Part shown: positions 9,588 through 18,006 of the stretch, piece after piece
How positions within the stretch are numbered: position 1 is the stretch's first letter
Layout of the letters: the number at the start of each line of letters is the position of its first letter
DNA from: Patescibacteria group bacterium
GTDB taxonomy: Bacteria > Patescibacteriota > Microgenomatia > UBA10105 > UBA927
Assembly (NCBI GenBank): GCA_023379025.1
Contig: JAMCTH010000009.1
Location: forward strand, 133,092 to 197,091
DNA: 64,000 bases
Direction: 5' to 3'
The notes under the pieces: generated by a model
Told to the model about the DNA's origin: nothing
Seen by the model: the letters and a program-made list of their open reading frames with translations, nothing else
The model's database searches: none
Translations under genes and position numbers: made by a program

Positions 9588-10328
9588 TCATGTTCCGAAC
9601 CGCCGTTTCCGAAGGGTATAAACCGTAAGTGCCTCGTCCAACCGCTGAGGCGTAAACTCCGGCATATACCACTCGGGGAAATAGAATTCGCTATACTGGC
9701 ACTGCCAGAGCAGAAATCCGGACAACCGCTGTTCCCCGCCGGTCCGTATGATAAAGTCCGGATCCGGAATACCTGCGGTATCTAAAAACTTGCCGTATTC
9801 TTGCGTGGTTACACGGCTACATTGCTGTTTGGCTGCCGAAAGGGAGTCAACGGAATCCAGAATAGACACGGTAAGACGCTTCATTGCCCGTACTAATTCA
9901 TCTCTCCCGCCGTAATTGAGGGCAAAAACCGCGGTAATTCTGGTGTTGTGCTCCGTCTCAACAACCACATCGGCAAGCGCCTTTTGTATATCCCGGGAAA
10001 ATCCGCTGATGTCACCGATGGTTCGGATCCGCACCCCTTTCTTATGAAGCCGGTCCCAGCGGTCCCGGATGATATGGCGGAACAGCCGCATCACCCCCTC
10101 TACCTCTCTCTTGTCCCTGCCCCAGTTTTCCGTTGACCAGGCCCAAAACGTCAGATAGGAAATACCCCGGTCTGCTGCGTGTTCTATAAGAGGCTCCAGT
10201 ATCTCGTCCGCCACTTTTTTGTGCCCTGCAAGAACCGGCAGCCTGTGCGCGCGTGCCCAGCGGCGGTTGCCGTCCATGATGATGCCGATATGCCGGGGCA
10301 GCTGTTGTGATGTGTCGCCTGTCTTCAT
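9588..10328 (-). CDS. uppS: undecaprenyl-diphosphate synthase (start probably MKTGDTS at 10328; ORF track extends to 10373)
   Basis: HIGIIMDGNRRWA, FALNYGGRDE, cis-prenyltransferase family signature. Confidence 0.85.
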   Translation of the reverse strand: MKTGDTSQQLPRHIGIIMDGNRRWARAHRLPVLAGHKKVADEILEPLIEHAADRGISYLTFWAWSTENWGRDKREVEGVMRLFRHIIRDRWDRLHKKGVRIRTIGDISGFSRDIQKALADVVVETEHNTRITAVFALNYGGRDELVRAMKRLTVSILDSVDSLSAAKQQCSRVTTQEYGKFLDTAGIPDPDFIIRTGGEQRLSGFLLWQCQYSEFYFPEWYMPEFTPQRLDEALTVYTLRKRRFGT

Positions 10329-10852
10329 GTTTCTGTGATAAACCCGATATGTCGAAGTGAGGCAACTGCCCATGTAGAAAGGATCACTTCCTTACTTCGC
10401 CGTTTAGCGTCAAGTTCACGTTTGGAAAAAAAACAAACCTCCGCTACCTCATCCGGATGTGTCCGGAACGGCCCCTGATAGTAACCTCTGTATAATGCGT
10501 CAAATTCCGTCTCACGTCTGTCTCGGAACAGCCACTTTCCGACATATCTGATCGGTGCACGGATGCCCAATTCCTCGAATAGTTCGCGTTCCGCAGCCCG
10601 GCGGTATGTTTCTCCAGCGCTCACGTGTCCTGCGGCAGATATAGCCCAGAGACCGGGTTGCAGATCCTTGGTCAGACTCCGTTTTTGGAGAAGCACCTTT
10701 TTTTGCCTATCAAAAATCAGAACACCGACTGACCGGTGAATGAGCCTTCTATCACGGTGGCATTCATAACGGGTACGGACACCCAACGGATGATCACGTG
10801 TATCCACGACAACAAATTGTTCGCTCAGGTCGTCTGTCGTTTTGTGTTTCAT
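10325..10852 (-). CDS. NUDIX hydrolase, isopentenyl-diphosphate-isomerase-like (catalytic Cys of type-1 IDI not conserved)
   Basis: Nudix box GHVSAGETYRRAAERELFEELGI; overall similarity to IDI-1 (HRSVGVLIFD...KRSLTKDLQPGLWAIS) but ISAAGH instead of NSVCGH. Confidence 0.6.
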   Translation of the reverse strand: MKHKTTDDLSEQFVVVDTRDHPLGVRTRYECHRDRRLIHRSVGVLIFDRQKKVLLQKRSLTKDLQPGLWAISAAGHVSAGETYRRAAERELFEELGIRAPIRYVGKWLFRDRRETEFDALYRGYYQGPFRTHPDEVAEVCFFSKRELDAKRRSKEVILSTWAVASLRHIGFITET

Positions 10853-11730
10853 GTGTTGGCAAACCCCTTACCTGAATCGAGCCGCACCCCTTCTCCGTTC
10901 AGGCTGATCGGAATAAGGATTAATCGGTACCGCCGGGCCCATCGGCGGGCAACAGCCGCATCGGCGTGGTAGCACACTGCGCCGATCGGTCCGGCAGAAA
11001 GCAGCGCTCCGCCCGATTCCGCAAGCTGCCGGAAACATCCGGATCCGGGATCGTCCGCGGGCAATGGAGACCGATAATCCTGCCAGAATTTTCCGGAAAC
11101 AGCGACAAGCGCGTTGGTATCCCCTGTTTTCATAATCTCAGCAACAGTCCTGATATATGATTCCGAAGGAGCGGGCATGTCAAACGGCTTGCCGGTTTTC
11201 CGCACAACCAGAAAGCAATGGTTCATGTGCGACGCGGAGGAAAGCGGTAATTGCCACAGACTTCGCAGATATGTCAGCTCTTTCCGGTACCACAGAAACC
11301 CGCCGAACACTGAGCCCGTCATGTCTACCTCGTGGACCGGAGGAAGAATATCGCGTCGCATATTCACCATGAACGTGTGCGCCGTCTGGGGATTCCAGAT
11401 GCCTCTCATGGCATAAAGGAGGGCGGCTGTTCCCGCTGCAAGGAACGCAGACCGATAGAGCGCCGGGTTATGTAGGTCAGCCGGAAACGAAAGGCTATAC
11501 CGGAATGGTGGAAGCCGCCTCTGACGGTAGGTCCCCTCCAGATACTTTGTAATAAGGATAAAGAGGCCGGAAAATACGTCATCAGCGGAACGGGGCGCGC
11601 TTGTTGCCGGACTCAGGGTGAGGGTGAGACGCAGATCGGTCGCCGAGGCAAAAAGCGGCAACGCTTCATAGACGTAGTCCCCGGCAAGTGCAACCACAAG
11701 CGGCGCGGAAACACGGATACTGCGCTTCAT
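10849..11730 (-). CDS. possible GHMP-kinase-like protein (mevalonate-pathway kinase candidate), weak
   Basis: Size ~293 aa, N-terminal SAPLVVALAGDYVYE resembles GHMP motif 1; located between Nudix/IDI-like and isopentenyl phosphate kinase genes; motif 2 poorly conserved. Confidence 0.3.
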   Translation of the reverse strand: MKRSIRVSAPLVVALAGDYVYEALPLFASATDLRLTLTLSPATSAPRSADDVFSGLFILITKYLEGTYRQRRLPPFRYSLSFPADLHNPALYRSAFLAAGTAALLYAMRGIWNPQTAHTFMVNMRRDILPPVHEVDMTGSVFGGFLWYRKELTYLRSLWQLPLSSASHMNHCFLVVRKTGKPFDMPAPSESYIRTVAEIMKTGDTNALVAVSGKFWQDYRSPLPADDPGSGCFRQLAESGGALLSAGPIGAVCYHADAAVARRWARRYRLILIPISLNGEGVRLDSGKGFANT

Positions 11731-12536
11731 CGCTCCACCCTCGTACCCAGCACGGGCTCTCCGCGGACTGCTTTGGAGAGGCTGCCGTGTTCGATGCCGT
11801 CGATAATGAGCCCGGGTATTCCCTCCCGGGCCAGCGCCAGGGTTTCTTCCACCTTATGGATCATACCGCCGGTCACATCGGTCCCTGAGGACCCGGTCAG
11901 GACGGATTGGTAAACCGGAAAATTTTCCGTGGTGATTTCGGGAATGGTCCTGCCGTCCGCGTCATACACGCCGTTCGTCTGCCCGCAGTGAATGATGCGT
12001 TCTATAACGTACCCCTTCTTCTTAAGATGGAGCGCAAGATACCCCAACACTTTTTCCGTCGAAAATATGGTACACCCTACCTGGGTGTCGATAATCTGGT
12101 CTCCATAAAGAACCGGTAAGAGATTGAGCCGGAGAAGCGCTTCGATGCTCTCCGAAAAAACGGATTTGAGGCTGTGGTTTCGGGCAACCATGGTACTCAA
12201 GGGACTCACGGATACCGCATTGACTCCTTTCTCAAGCAGTTTCTTGACGACAATACGGTTGAGCTGTGCCGCTACATCGGCCACTTCCGCAATACCACGG
12301 TAACTCGCATCATTGATAATGCCTTTGTGTGTCTGGTATTTTTTTGCGGGGAAATGTGCAAAGGATCCCGCGCCGTGGCCCACGACGAGCTTTTTCCCTG
12401 TGAGTGTTGCTTTTTTGATCTCCTCGCAGATCGTATCAAGCGCGTGTTCCTTGAGGGAAAACGGCTTGGTCTTATCGGTGATAAGCGACCCGCCGATTTT
12501 CACAAAAACGATGGGTGTTTTTTTTGTTTGTGTCAT
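11727..12536 (-). CDS. isopentenyl phosphate kinase (amino-acid-kinase family)
   Basis: VKIGGSLITDK and GHGAGSFAH motifs, ~269 aa, characteristic of IPK of the alternative mevalonate pathway. Confidence 0.7.
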   Translation of the reverse strand: MTQTKKTPIVFVKIGGSLITDKTKPFSLKEHALDTICEEIKKATLTGKKLVVGHGAGSFAHFPAKKYQTHKGIINDASYRGIAEVADVAAQLNRIVVKKLLEKGVNAVSVSPLSTMVARNHSLKSVFSESIEALLRLNLLPVLYGDQIIDTQVGCTIFSTEKVLGYLALHLKKKGYVIERIIHCGQTNGVYDADGRTIPEITTENFPVYQSVLTGSSGTDVTGGMIHKVEETLALAREGIPGLIIDGIEHGSLSKAVRGEPVLGTRVER

Positions 12537-13291
12537 GATTGCATGCTCATAATTAATTGCCGTTGAGTCGGTGGGTCATGCGAAAACAATGTAAATGCCA
12601 CATCCTCTCTTCTCCCGGCAGATCCCAGAGCAACTACATCATGCCATCCTTTCAATCCGTGTGCAACAATAGTGAGCATTCCCGCCCGTGCCGGAAATCC
12701 TCCTAAATAAGTAAGCGGGTGCACCCATAACGGGGTATCGGTTTCGTTATCGTTTGGCTCAACAGGGTGAACGGCAATAAGCTCATTTGGAACATATGCC
12801 ATGCGCGCTTCCACCCAGACATGTTGATTGATGAAATAATGGCCAATTACCCGTCGGGAAACCTGCACCATCTCAGGCGCCCAACCCATCTCTTCTATAA
12901 TTGCCCGTGCCCGGGTCACTTCAAGCATCTCTCCCGGCCTACGCGTCTCTGCGACAACACTGTAATCCCCAAAGTATTTATCGTTTTCCGGCTTGTCTCT
13001 GCGTTCACGACTCACCAATATATAGGGATGGTGATCGATGTCGGTATATACAACGAGTACGACTCCACCTATTTCTTTATCCGGTGGCGGAGACCAATCC
13101 ACAATTCCGGAGTCTTCGTGAAGCATTTTTTCATAAACATCAGCACCAAATTCTGTTACAAGTTCCGGAGCGAGATGCATACTGGCAGTAGGCATATTAA
13201 AAGCAACGTCACCAAGGTCTCTAAAACCATTCGGAGTAAAACGGTTGGGGACGATTACCATGCTGCCCGAGCCATATTCAGCCAATCTCAT
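12533..13291 (-). CDS. hypothetical protein with degenerate Nudix-like motif
   Basis: RAIIEEMGW resembles REUxEExGU part of a Nudix box; otherwise unrecognised. Confidence 0.35.
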   Translation of the reverse strand: MRLAEYGSGSMVIVPNRFTPNGFRDLGDVAFNMPTASMHLAPELVTEFGADVYEKMLHEDSGIVDWSPPPDKEIGGVVLVVYTDIDHHPYILVSRERRDKPENDKYFGDYSVVAETRRPGEMLEVTRARAIIEEMGWAPEMVQVSRRVIGHYFINQHVWVEARMAYVPNELIAVHPVEPNDNETDTPLWVHPLTYLGGFPARAGMLTIVAHGLKGWHDVVALGSAGRREDVAFTLFSHDPPTQRQLIMSMQS

Positions 13292-13293
13292 AG

Positions 13294-13917
13294 TTAGAGA
13301 AACGGAACTTTAAAGATTCCGAGCGTATACGTGAGATAACTATATGCAGCAAAGACCGGAAGACAGATGCCCAATGCACCTACGATCCGCAAAAGATCCA
13401 GTTTCATGGAAAACCGGAGCGTCAGATAGGTCAAAAGGACTTTCCATGAAAGAATGGTTACGCTGAACACGAGAAAGACGAGACTAAATGCAATCCCTGC
13501 CATACTGGTCGTCCTGGGCGGCGGCAGCAAAACATAGAGCAGAGAGGTGACAAAAAACCAGCTTACCGTCGGAAGGAGGGTATATGCCCAGCCGATGCTG
13601 AGACTCCGATATCCGCCTCTCCCGCCCACGAGTTTTGCCGCCATCCACAGCACCAGAGAAGCGAAAAGAAACGAGATGCCGCTCATTCCTGCAAGCCATA
13701 AAAACGTCCGCGTCAGAAGAAACGGACGAAACGATGCGGTACGCACCGCTGCGGCCAGCCCGAAATACACCGCAAGTAATGCTCCTATATACGGCAGCTC
13801 CCAATATGTGGAGTGAAACATTATCGTGCGGTAGGTTTCATACGGCCGCGTAACGAGTCCGATGCTGTTTTTCCCGAACCGCACGCTTGCCACGGCAACA
13901 TCCTCAAGGAGGCTCAT
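13294..13917 (-). CDS. polytopic membrane protein (Yip1-like topology), unknown function
   Basis: 5-6 predicted hydrophobic helices, 207 aa. Confidence 0.4.
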   Translation of the reverse strand: MSLLEDVAVASVRFGKNSIGLVTRPYETYRTIMFHSTYWELPYIGALLAVYFGLAAAVRTASFRPFLLTRTFLWLAGMSGISFLFASLVLWMAAKLVGGRGGYRSLSIGWAYTLLPTVSWFFVTSLLYVLLPPPRTTSMAGIAFSLVFLVFSVTILSWKVLLTYLTLRFSMKLDLLRIVGALGICLPVFAAYSYLTYTLGIFKVPFL

Positions 13918-13941
13918 ACCAGTATTAGTCGGAAAAATCCG

Positions 13942-14172
13942 CTAAAACCCGCGCTGGAGAAGGGACACGAGGAGAGTAATTGCCGATCCGACAAAAAAAT
14001 ACAGAAGGGTCGCAACGCCGAACGCGAGAAGCACCAGCAGCGGCCAGGGCATAACCTTAAAATGCCGCGTCACCGTTTTATAGTGAGCGGTAAAGGGTCC
14101 GAGCGTCTGCGGGGGAAGATCGATGACTTCTTCCCACCGTCTAACGAATTTTTCGTACAATGCGTCTGGCAT
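13942..14172 (-). CDS. putative anti-sigma factor (single-TM small protein immediately downstream of ECF sigma)
   Basis: 76 aa, one TM helix LLVLLAFGVATLLYFFVGSAITLLV, position directly 3' of sigma gene. Confidence 0.35.
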   Translation of the reverse strand: MPDALYEKFVRRWEEVIDLPPQTLGPFTAHYKTVTRHFKVMPWPLLVLLAFGVATLLYFFVGSAITLLVSLLQRGF

Positions 14173-14174
14173 AT

Positions 14175-14714
14175 TTATACGGATAAAAAGGCCTCAACAA
14201 ATGCTTTTCTGGCACGGAACAGCTGGGATTCTGCGCCTTTGAGCGTAGTGGCAAGGCGGTCTGCAATATCCTCTACGGTCAGATTATCCATATATTTGAG
14301 AAGCAGAATCTCCCGATACCGGGGAATGATCCTCCCCAACGTACGGTGGATGCGGTCATGGAAAAGCCGGGAATCCAACTCCTCTTCCGGAGTGAGAAGC
14401 GGAGACACGAGTGTTTCAAGCTGCGGCATGCGGGAAAACACCACCTGCTTTACCTTTTTCCTCCGGTAATAATCCGCAACCTTATGCCTGCAGATGGCGT
14501 ACAAAAACGTACTGACCGAAGAGGTGCCGTTAAAGTCGCGCAGACCATCAAGAAACGCAAACAGTGTGTCCTGAAGTATCTCTTCCGCGTCTTTCGGGTT
14601 ATTGACCTTTTCCTCAATATACCCAAGGAGCCTGGGTGCGTAGGTTTTATAAAACGATGTAAGTGCCCGTTTGTCTCCAACGAGCATCCGGCGTATCACA
14701 TCACTATTACTCAT
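14175..14714 (-). CDS. ECF-type RNA polymerase sigma-70 factor
   Basis: Region 2 (YKTYAPRLLGYI...DAEEILQDTLF) and region 4 (LTVEDIADRLATTLKGAESQLFRARKAF) signatures, 179 aa. Confidence 0.8.
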   Translation of the reverse strand: MSNSDVIRRMLVGDKRALTSFYKTYAPRLLGYIEEKVNNPKDAEEILQDTLFAFLDGLRDFNGTSSVSTFLYAICRHKVADYYRRKKVKQVVFSRMPQLETLVSPLLTPEEELDSRLFHDRIHRTLGRIIPRYREILLLKYMDNLTVEDIADRLATTLKGAESQLFRARKAFVEAFLSV

Positions 14715-14732
14715 GGGGTACCGGCTACTATA

Positions 14733-15680
14733 TCACTTCCCGCGCTTCCAAACAAATATCACGAGTTCCCGCAGATACGCCCGGACGAGCGGAGACGGAC
14801 GCATAGCATCGAGTGCCGATAGTGCTTGTCGGGTAAGCGTCTCAGAGCGATTCGTACCAACGTCCGGCGGGATTTCACCGTCCAGTACGTCGTCACGAAG
14901 CTGAAACAGCTGCCCCACCGGGAGACCGAAACGGGCAAGCTGTGCCAGCGTAAGCGCTGAAGCTCCTGCAAGCGCCGCCCCCATCTGAAGCGGCCGGATC
15001 ACGCTGTACCATGCGGTTTTATAGGTATCAATCGTAGCTTTCGATATCGAGGGGTCTCCGTCCGCAAAAAGGATGTCGAGTGTTTGTCCGAAGATAATCT
15101 CCTGCTTCATCTGTCGGTACAGGGACAGAACACCCCGATGCTCCGTTTTTCCGGTCTGTTCATCTGCCCAAACCAGCGCAAGATCGCCCGCGAGAAGCCC
15201 CATGCTCTCGCCGAAGCGGATGCGCGCCACCCCTCCGACAGCCCTGCTTTTTGCCTGAAAAAACGCATGGACGGTGGGTCGTCCGCGGCGTTTCAGATCC
15301 GCATCCATAATGTCGTCATGAATGAGAGCAAACGTATGAAAAAGCTCTGTTCCGACCATAACCGACATCAGTTCTCCGGGTAAAGCCCGCGCTGGCGCAG
15401 CAGAGCGGACGCTATTGCTCTGTGTCATGTATCCCAACCAAACCAGAAACGGGCGCATGCGCTTTCCTCCGCCGAGCGTAAAGGCTTCAATCGCAGCAAC
15501 AAGCCGGATACATTGGCTGTCTACCTGTTTTGCTTCGGCAGTTTTTTGAACAAAAAACACGCGGAGTGCCCGATCAACTATTCGCTTCATTGCTCTTACA
15601 TCACGCTGAAAATCCATGCAGCCAGTATAATGGAGTATTTCCGGGTTTACAATTTGCCCAATGAGGAGCGTCATCGGCAT
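14733..15680 (-). CDS. trans-polyprenyl diphosphate synthase (FPP/GGPP synthase family)
   Basis: First and second Asp-rich motifs ALIHDDIMD and FQLRDDVLD. Confidence 0.8.
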   Translation of the reverse strand: MPMTLLIGQIVNPEILHYTGCMDFQRDVRAMKRIVDRALRVFFVQKTAEAKQVDSQCIRLVAAIEAFTLGGGKRMRPFLVWLGYMTQSNSVRSAAPARALPGELMSVMVGTELFHTFALIHDDIMDADLKRRGRPTVHAFFQAKSRAVGGVARIRFGESMGLLAGDLALVWADEQTGKTEHRGVLSLYRQMKQEIIFGQTLDILFADGDPSISKATIDTYKTAWYSVIRPLQMGAALAGASALTLAQLARFGLPVGQLFQLRDDVLDGEIPPDVGTNRSETLTRQALSALDAMRPSPLVRAYLRELVIFVWKRGK

Positions 15681-15720
15681 CTCGTTGACACTGGCATTCC
15701 CCTTCCCCTACACTACGGGT

Positions 15721-16044
15721 ATGGAGCGTGTGTTTGCTGCATTTGATATCGGTACCCAGGCATCGCCGTCATTCAGGACCTTTTCCAATTTCGGGGATCT
15801 TGTTTCCGTTATCGTTAAAAATGCCTATGTTCTGGCCGGTGTTTTAAGCTTTCTTTTGTTGGTTTTCGGCGCGTTCGGGTTTATAATGGGAGCAGGCGGC
15901 GGAGACAGCAAAAAAATGGAAGAGGCCAAACAGACGCTTACGTGGGCGGTGGTTGGACTTCTTCTGGTCATCGGATCATATTGGATCATCCTGATCCTAT
16001 CAAAAATTACGGGATATAATATCCTGTCACCGCCGGCGTCGTAA
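15721..16044 (+). CDS. pilin-like two-helix protein, paralog 3 (start set at MERVFAAFD)
   Basis: N-terminal M-E-R-V-F-A motif shared with paralogs 4 and 7; helices flanking MGAGGGDSKKMEEAKQ loop. Confidence 0.5.
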   Translation: MERVFAAFDIGTQASPSFRTFSNFGDLVSVIVKNAYVLAGVLSFLLLVFGAFGFIMGAGGGDSKKMEEAKQTLTWAVVGLLLVIGSYWIILILSKITGYNILSPPAS

Positions 16045-16050
16045 TTCCGT

Positions 16051-16398
16051 ATGGAACAGGTCTTTGCACAGGATGTCATAGGAAAAGTAAACGTGACCAC
16101 CCTCCTCCCCGGAGGGTATCACAGCCTCAGTGGCATCGGTCTCTTCTTTTCCAATGTCCTCCGGCTTCTCTTTGTCGCCGCGGGGATCCTGGCGTTTCTC
16201 AACCTCATTATCGCGGGGTACCAGTACATAACGGCGGGGGGCGACGCCAAAGCGCTTGAAAAAGCGTGGAGCAGAATATGGCAATCTCTTGTCGGCCTTA
16301 TTCTTATCGTCGGCTCATTTGCGCTGGCCGCCCTGTTCGGCTACATCATCTTTGGTGACGCCGGATTTATTCTGAATCCCAAAGTGTATGGACCATAA
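16051..16398 (+). CDS. pilin-like two-helix protein, paralog 4
   Basis: MEQVFAQD N-terminus; ITAGGDAKALEKAWSR loop between two hydrophobic helices. Confidence 0.5.
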   Translation: MEQVFAQDVIGKVNVTTLLPGGYHSLSGIGLFFSNVLRLLFVAAGILAFLNLIIAGYQYITAGGDAKALEKAWSRIWQSLVGLILIVGSFALAALFGYIIFGDAGFILNPKVYGP

Positions 16399-16801
16399 CT
16401 CTCTCTTTCATCATGTGCGCGTGTTGGCACAGGGAAGTTCTGACAGTCTCGGCACCATCGGCGGCGGCGGCTTGGGACCGTTTGCTGCAAAAAATTACTC
16501 CGGCGGAGGAACCCAGGCGCTCGTCGACATTACCAAAGCGGTTTCTGCCATCATCGGATTTCTCACGATTGCAGCGGGCATTTGGTTTCTGTTTCAGCTT
16601 CTGATCGGTGCCATCTCCTGGATCACGAGCGGCGGGGACAAAACAAACCTCGAAAACGCTCGGAACCGCATCATCCACGGGCTCATCGGGCTTATCATCG
16701 TCGTCATGGGGTGGGCTATCCTTGCAATCGTCGGACAGTTTCTGGGGTACGACATACTTCTTTCAAATCCCGGCAGCATCATAAACCAAATCAGGCTCTA
16801 A
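16388..16801 (+). CDS. pilin-like two-helix protein, paralog 5 (true start may be GTG near 16415)
   Basis: VRVLAQG N-terminal motif; AISWITSGGDKTNLENARNRIIH loop region identical at DNA level to paralog 6. Confidence 0.45.
   Translation: MDHNSLFHHVRVLAQGSSDSLGTIGGGGLGPFAAKNYSGGGTQALVDITKAVSAIIGFLTIAAGIWFLFQLLIGAISWITSGGDKTNLENARNRIIHGLIGLIIVVMGWAILAIVGQFLGYDILLSNPGSIINQIRL
16606..16678 (+). repeat. 73-bp perfect direct repeat, copy A (inside pilin paralog 5)
   Basis: cggtgccatctcctggatcacgagcggcggggacaaaacaaacctcgaaaacgctcggaaccgcatcatccac identical to 16966-17038. Confidence 0.9.
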
Positions 16802-16805
16802 CCGT

Positions 16806-17153
16806 ATGCACGAAACGCTGGCACAGCTCACCAATCCCGTCCTCCCGCCGATTATCGGCCAGGGAGGGTCGGCCAGCGGTATACGGGGAGCCGGCATATT
16901 TATCAGCAATCTCATTTCCATTATCTTCATCGTTTCATTTCTTCTTGCGTTTTTTTTCCTCCTGACCGGTGCCATCTCCTGGATCACGAGCGGCGGGGAC
17001 AAAACAAACCTCGAAAACGCTCGGAACCGCATCATCCACTCGCTCATGGGACTTATCATTGTGGCGGCCGCATGGGCCATCATGGTGCTCGTCGGACAGT
17101 TTATCGGGCTCGACATCCGTCAACTGCCCATTCCGTCCATATCAGGGCAGTAG
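16806..17153 (+). CDS. pilin-like two-helix protein, paralog 6
   Basis: MHETLAQLTN N-terminus (cf. paralog 2); contains 73-bp segment identical to paralog 5. Confidence 0.5.
   Translation: MHETLAQLTNPVLPPIIGQGGSASGIRGAGIFISNLISIIFIVSFLLAFFFLLTGAISWITSGGDKTNLENARNRIIHSLMGLIIVAAAWAIMVLVGQFIGLDIRQLPIPSISGQ
16966..17038 (+). repeat. 73-bp perfect direct repeat, copy B (inside pilin paralog 6)
   Basis: Identical to 16606-16678; flanking sequence diverges immediately. Confidence 0.9.
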
Positions 17154-17247
17154 ACATCACACATTGGCACACTATTGACAAGGTGATAATGTTTTGTAAC
17201 AATAGAAAGTACGATATTATCAGGCTATTCTTGAAAGAGGAGGATAT

Positions 17248-17580
17248 ATGCTGCAGGTATTTGCTCAGGATCTGACCATCGGTCAGCCATCAAACGTCAA
17301 AATATCCAATCTCGGCATGCTCATCAGCGCGTTGGTCGGAACACTGCTCATCCTGTCGGCCCTTCTTGCATTTTTCTTCCTCATCCTTGGCGGTATCCAG
17401 TGGATCACCTCGGGCGGAGATAAGGCAGGCATGGAAGCCGCACGGAACAAAATCACCCACGCCATCGTCGGGCTTATCATCGTCGGTGCCGCATGGGCCA
17501 TCATGATCCTCATTCAGAATTTCCTGGGGATCACGGTCATCGGCGGCGGCATCAACATCCCCAAGCCGTTCAATCAATAA
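17248..17580 (+). CDS. pilin-like two-helix protein, paralog 7
   Basis: AGGAGG Shine-Dalgarno 7 nt upstream of ATG; MLQVFAQD N-terminus; ITSGGDKAGMEAARNK loop. Confidence 0.55.
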   Translation: MLQVFAQDLTIGQPSNVKISNLGMLISALVGTLLILSALLAFFFLILGGIQWITSGGDKAGMEAARNKITHAIVGLIIVGAAWAIMILIQNFLGITVIGGGINIPKPFNQ

Positions 17581-17649
17581 AGCCGAGGAGCCGTCATTTT
17601 CCATACTCACCTGTGGACAAAAAACGCGTTTATACGTCATAATACAGGT

Positions 17650-17961
17650 ATGGTATTTGCCGCTACCTATATCGGTGATACGCCGCAAATCAAAGACCTG
17701 GAAACCCTCTTCGGCAACGTCATTGCTTCTGTCATGGGAATAGCTGTTGTCGTCCTCTTTGTCATGCTTCTTGTGGGCGGATTTACCTTCCTTATGTCCG
17801 GCGGCGACCAGAAAAAGCTGGATGCCGCCAAAGGAACGCTTACATCGGCGATCGTCGGAATTGTCGTCGTCATCTCTGCGTATCTTATCCTCCGCACGAT
17901 CGGTGTCATCACCGGAGTAAGCCAAATCACCACGGTAAACTTGAATCTCGGACACCCCTAG
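17650..17961 (+). CDS. pilin-like two-helix protein, paralog 8
   Basis: Two hydrophobic helices flanking MSGGDQKKLDAAKGT loop. Confidence 0.5.
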   Translation: MVFAATYIGDTPQIKDLETLFGNVIASVMGIAVVVLFVMLLVGGFTFLMSGGDQKKLDAAKGTLTSAIVGIVVVISAYLILRTIGVITGVSQITTVNLNLGHP

Positions 17962-18006
17962 CTTGACGGCACTCCCGGAATCATTGATAATACAAACTAC
18001 ACTGCT

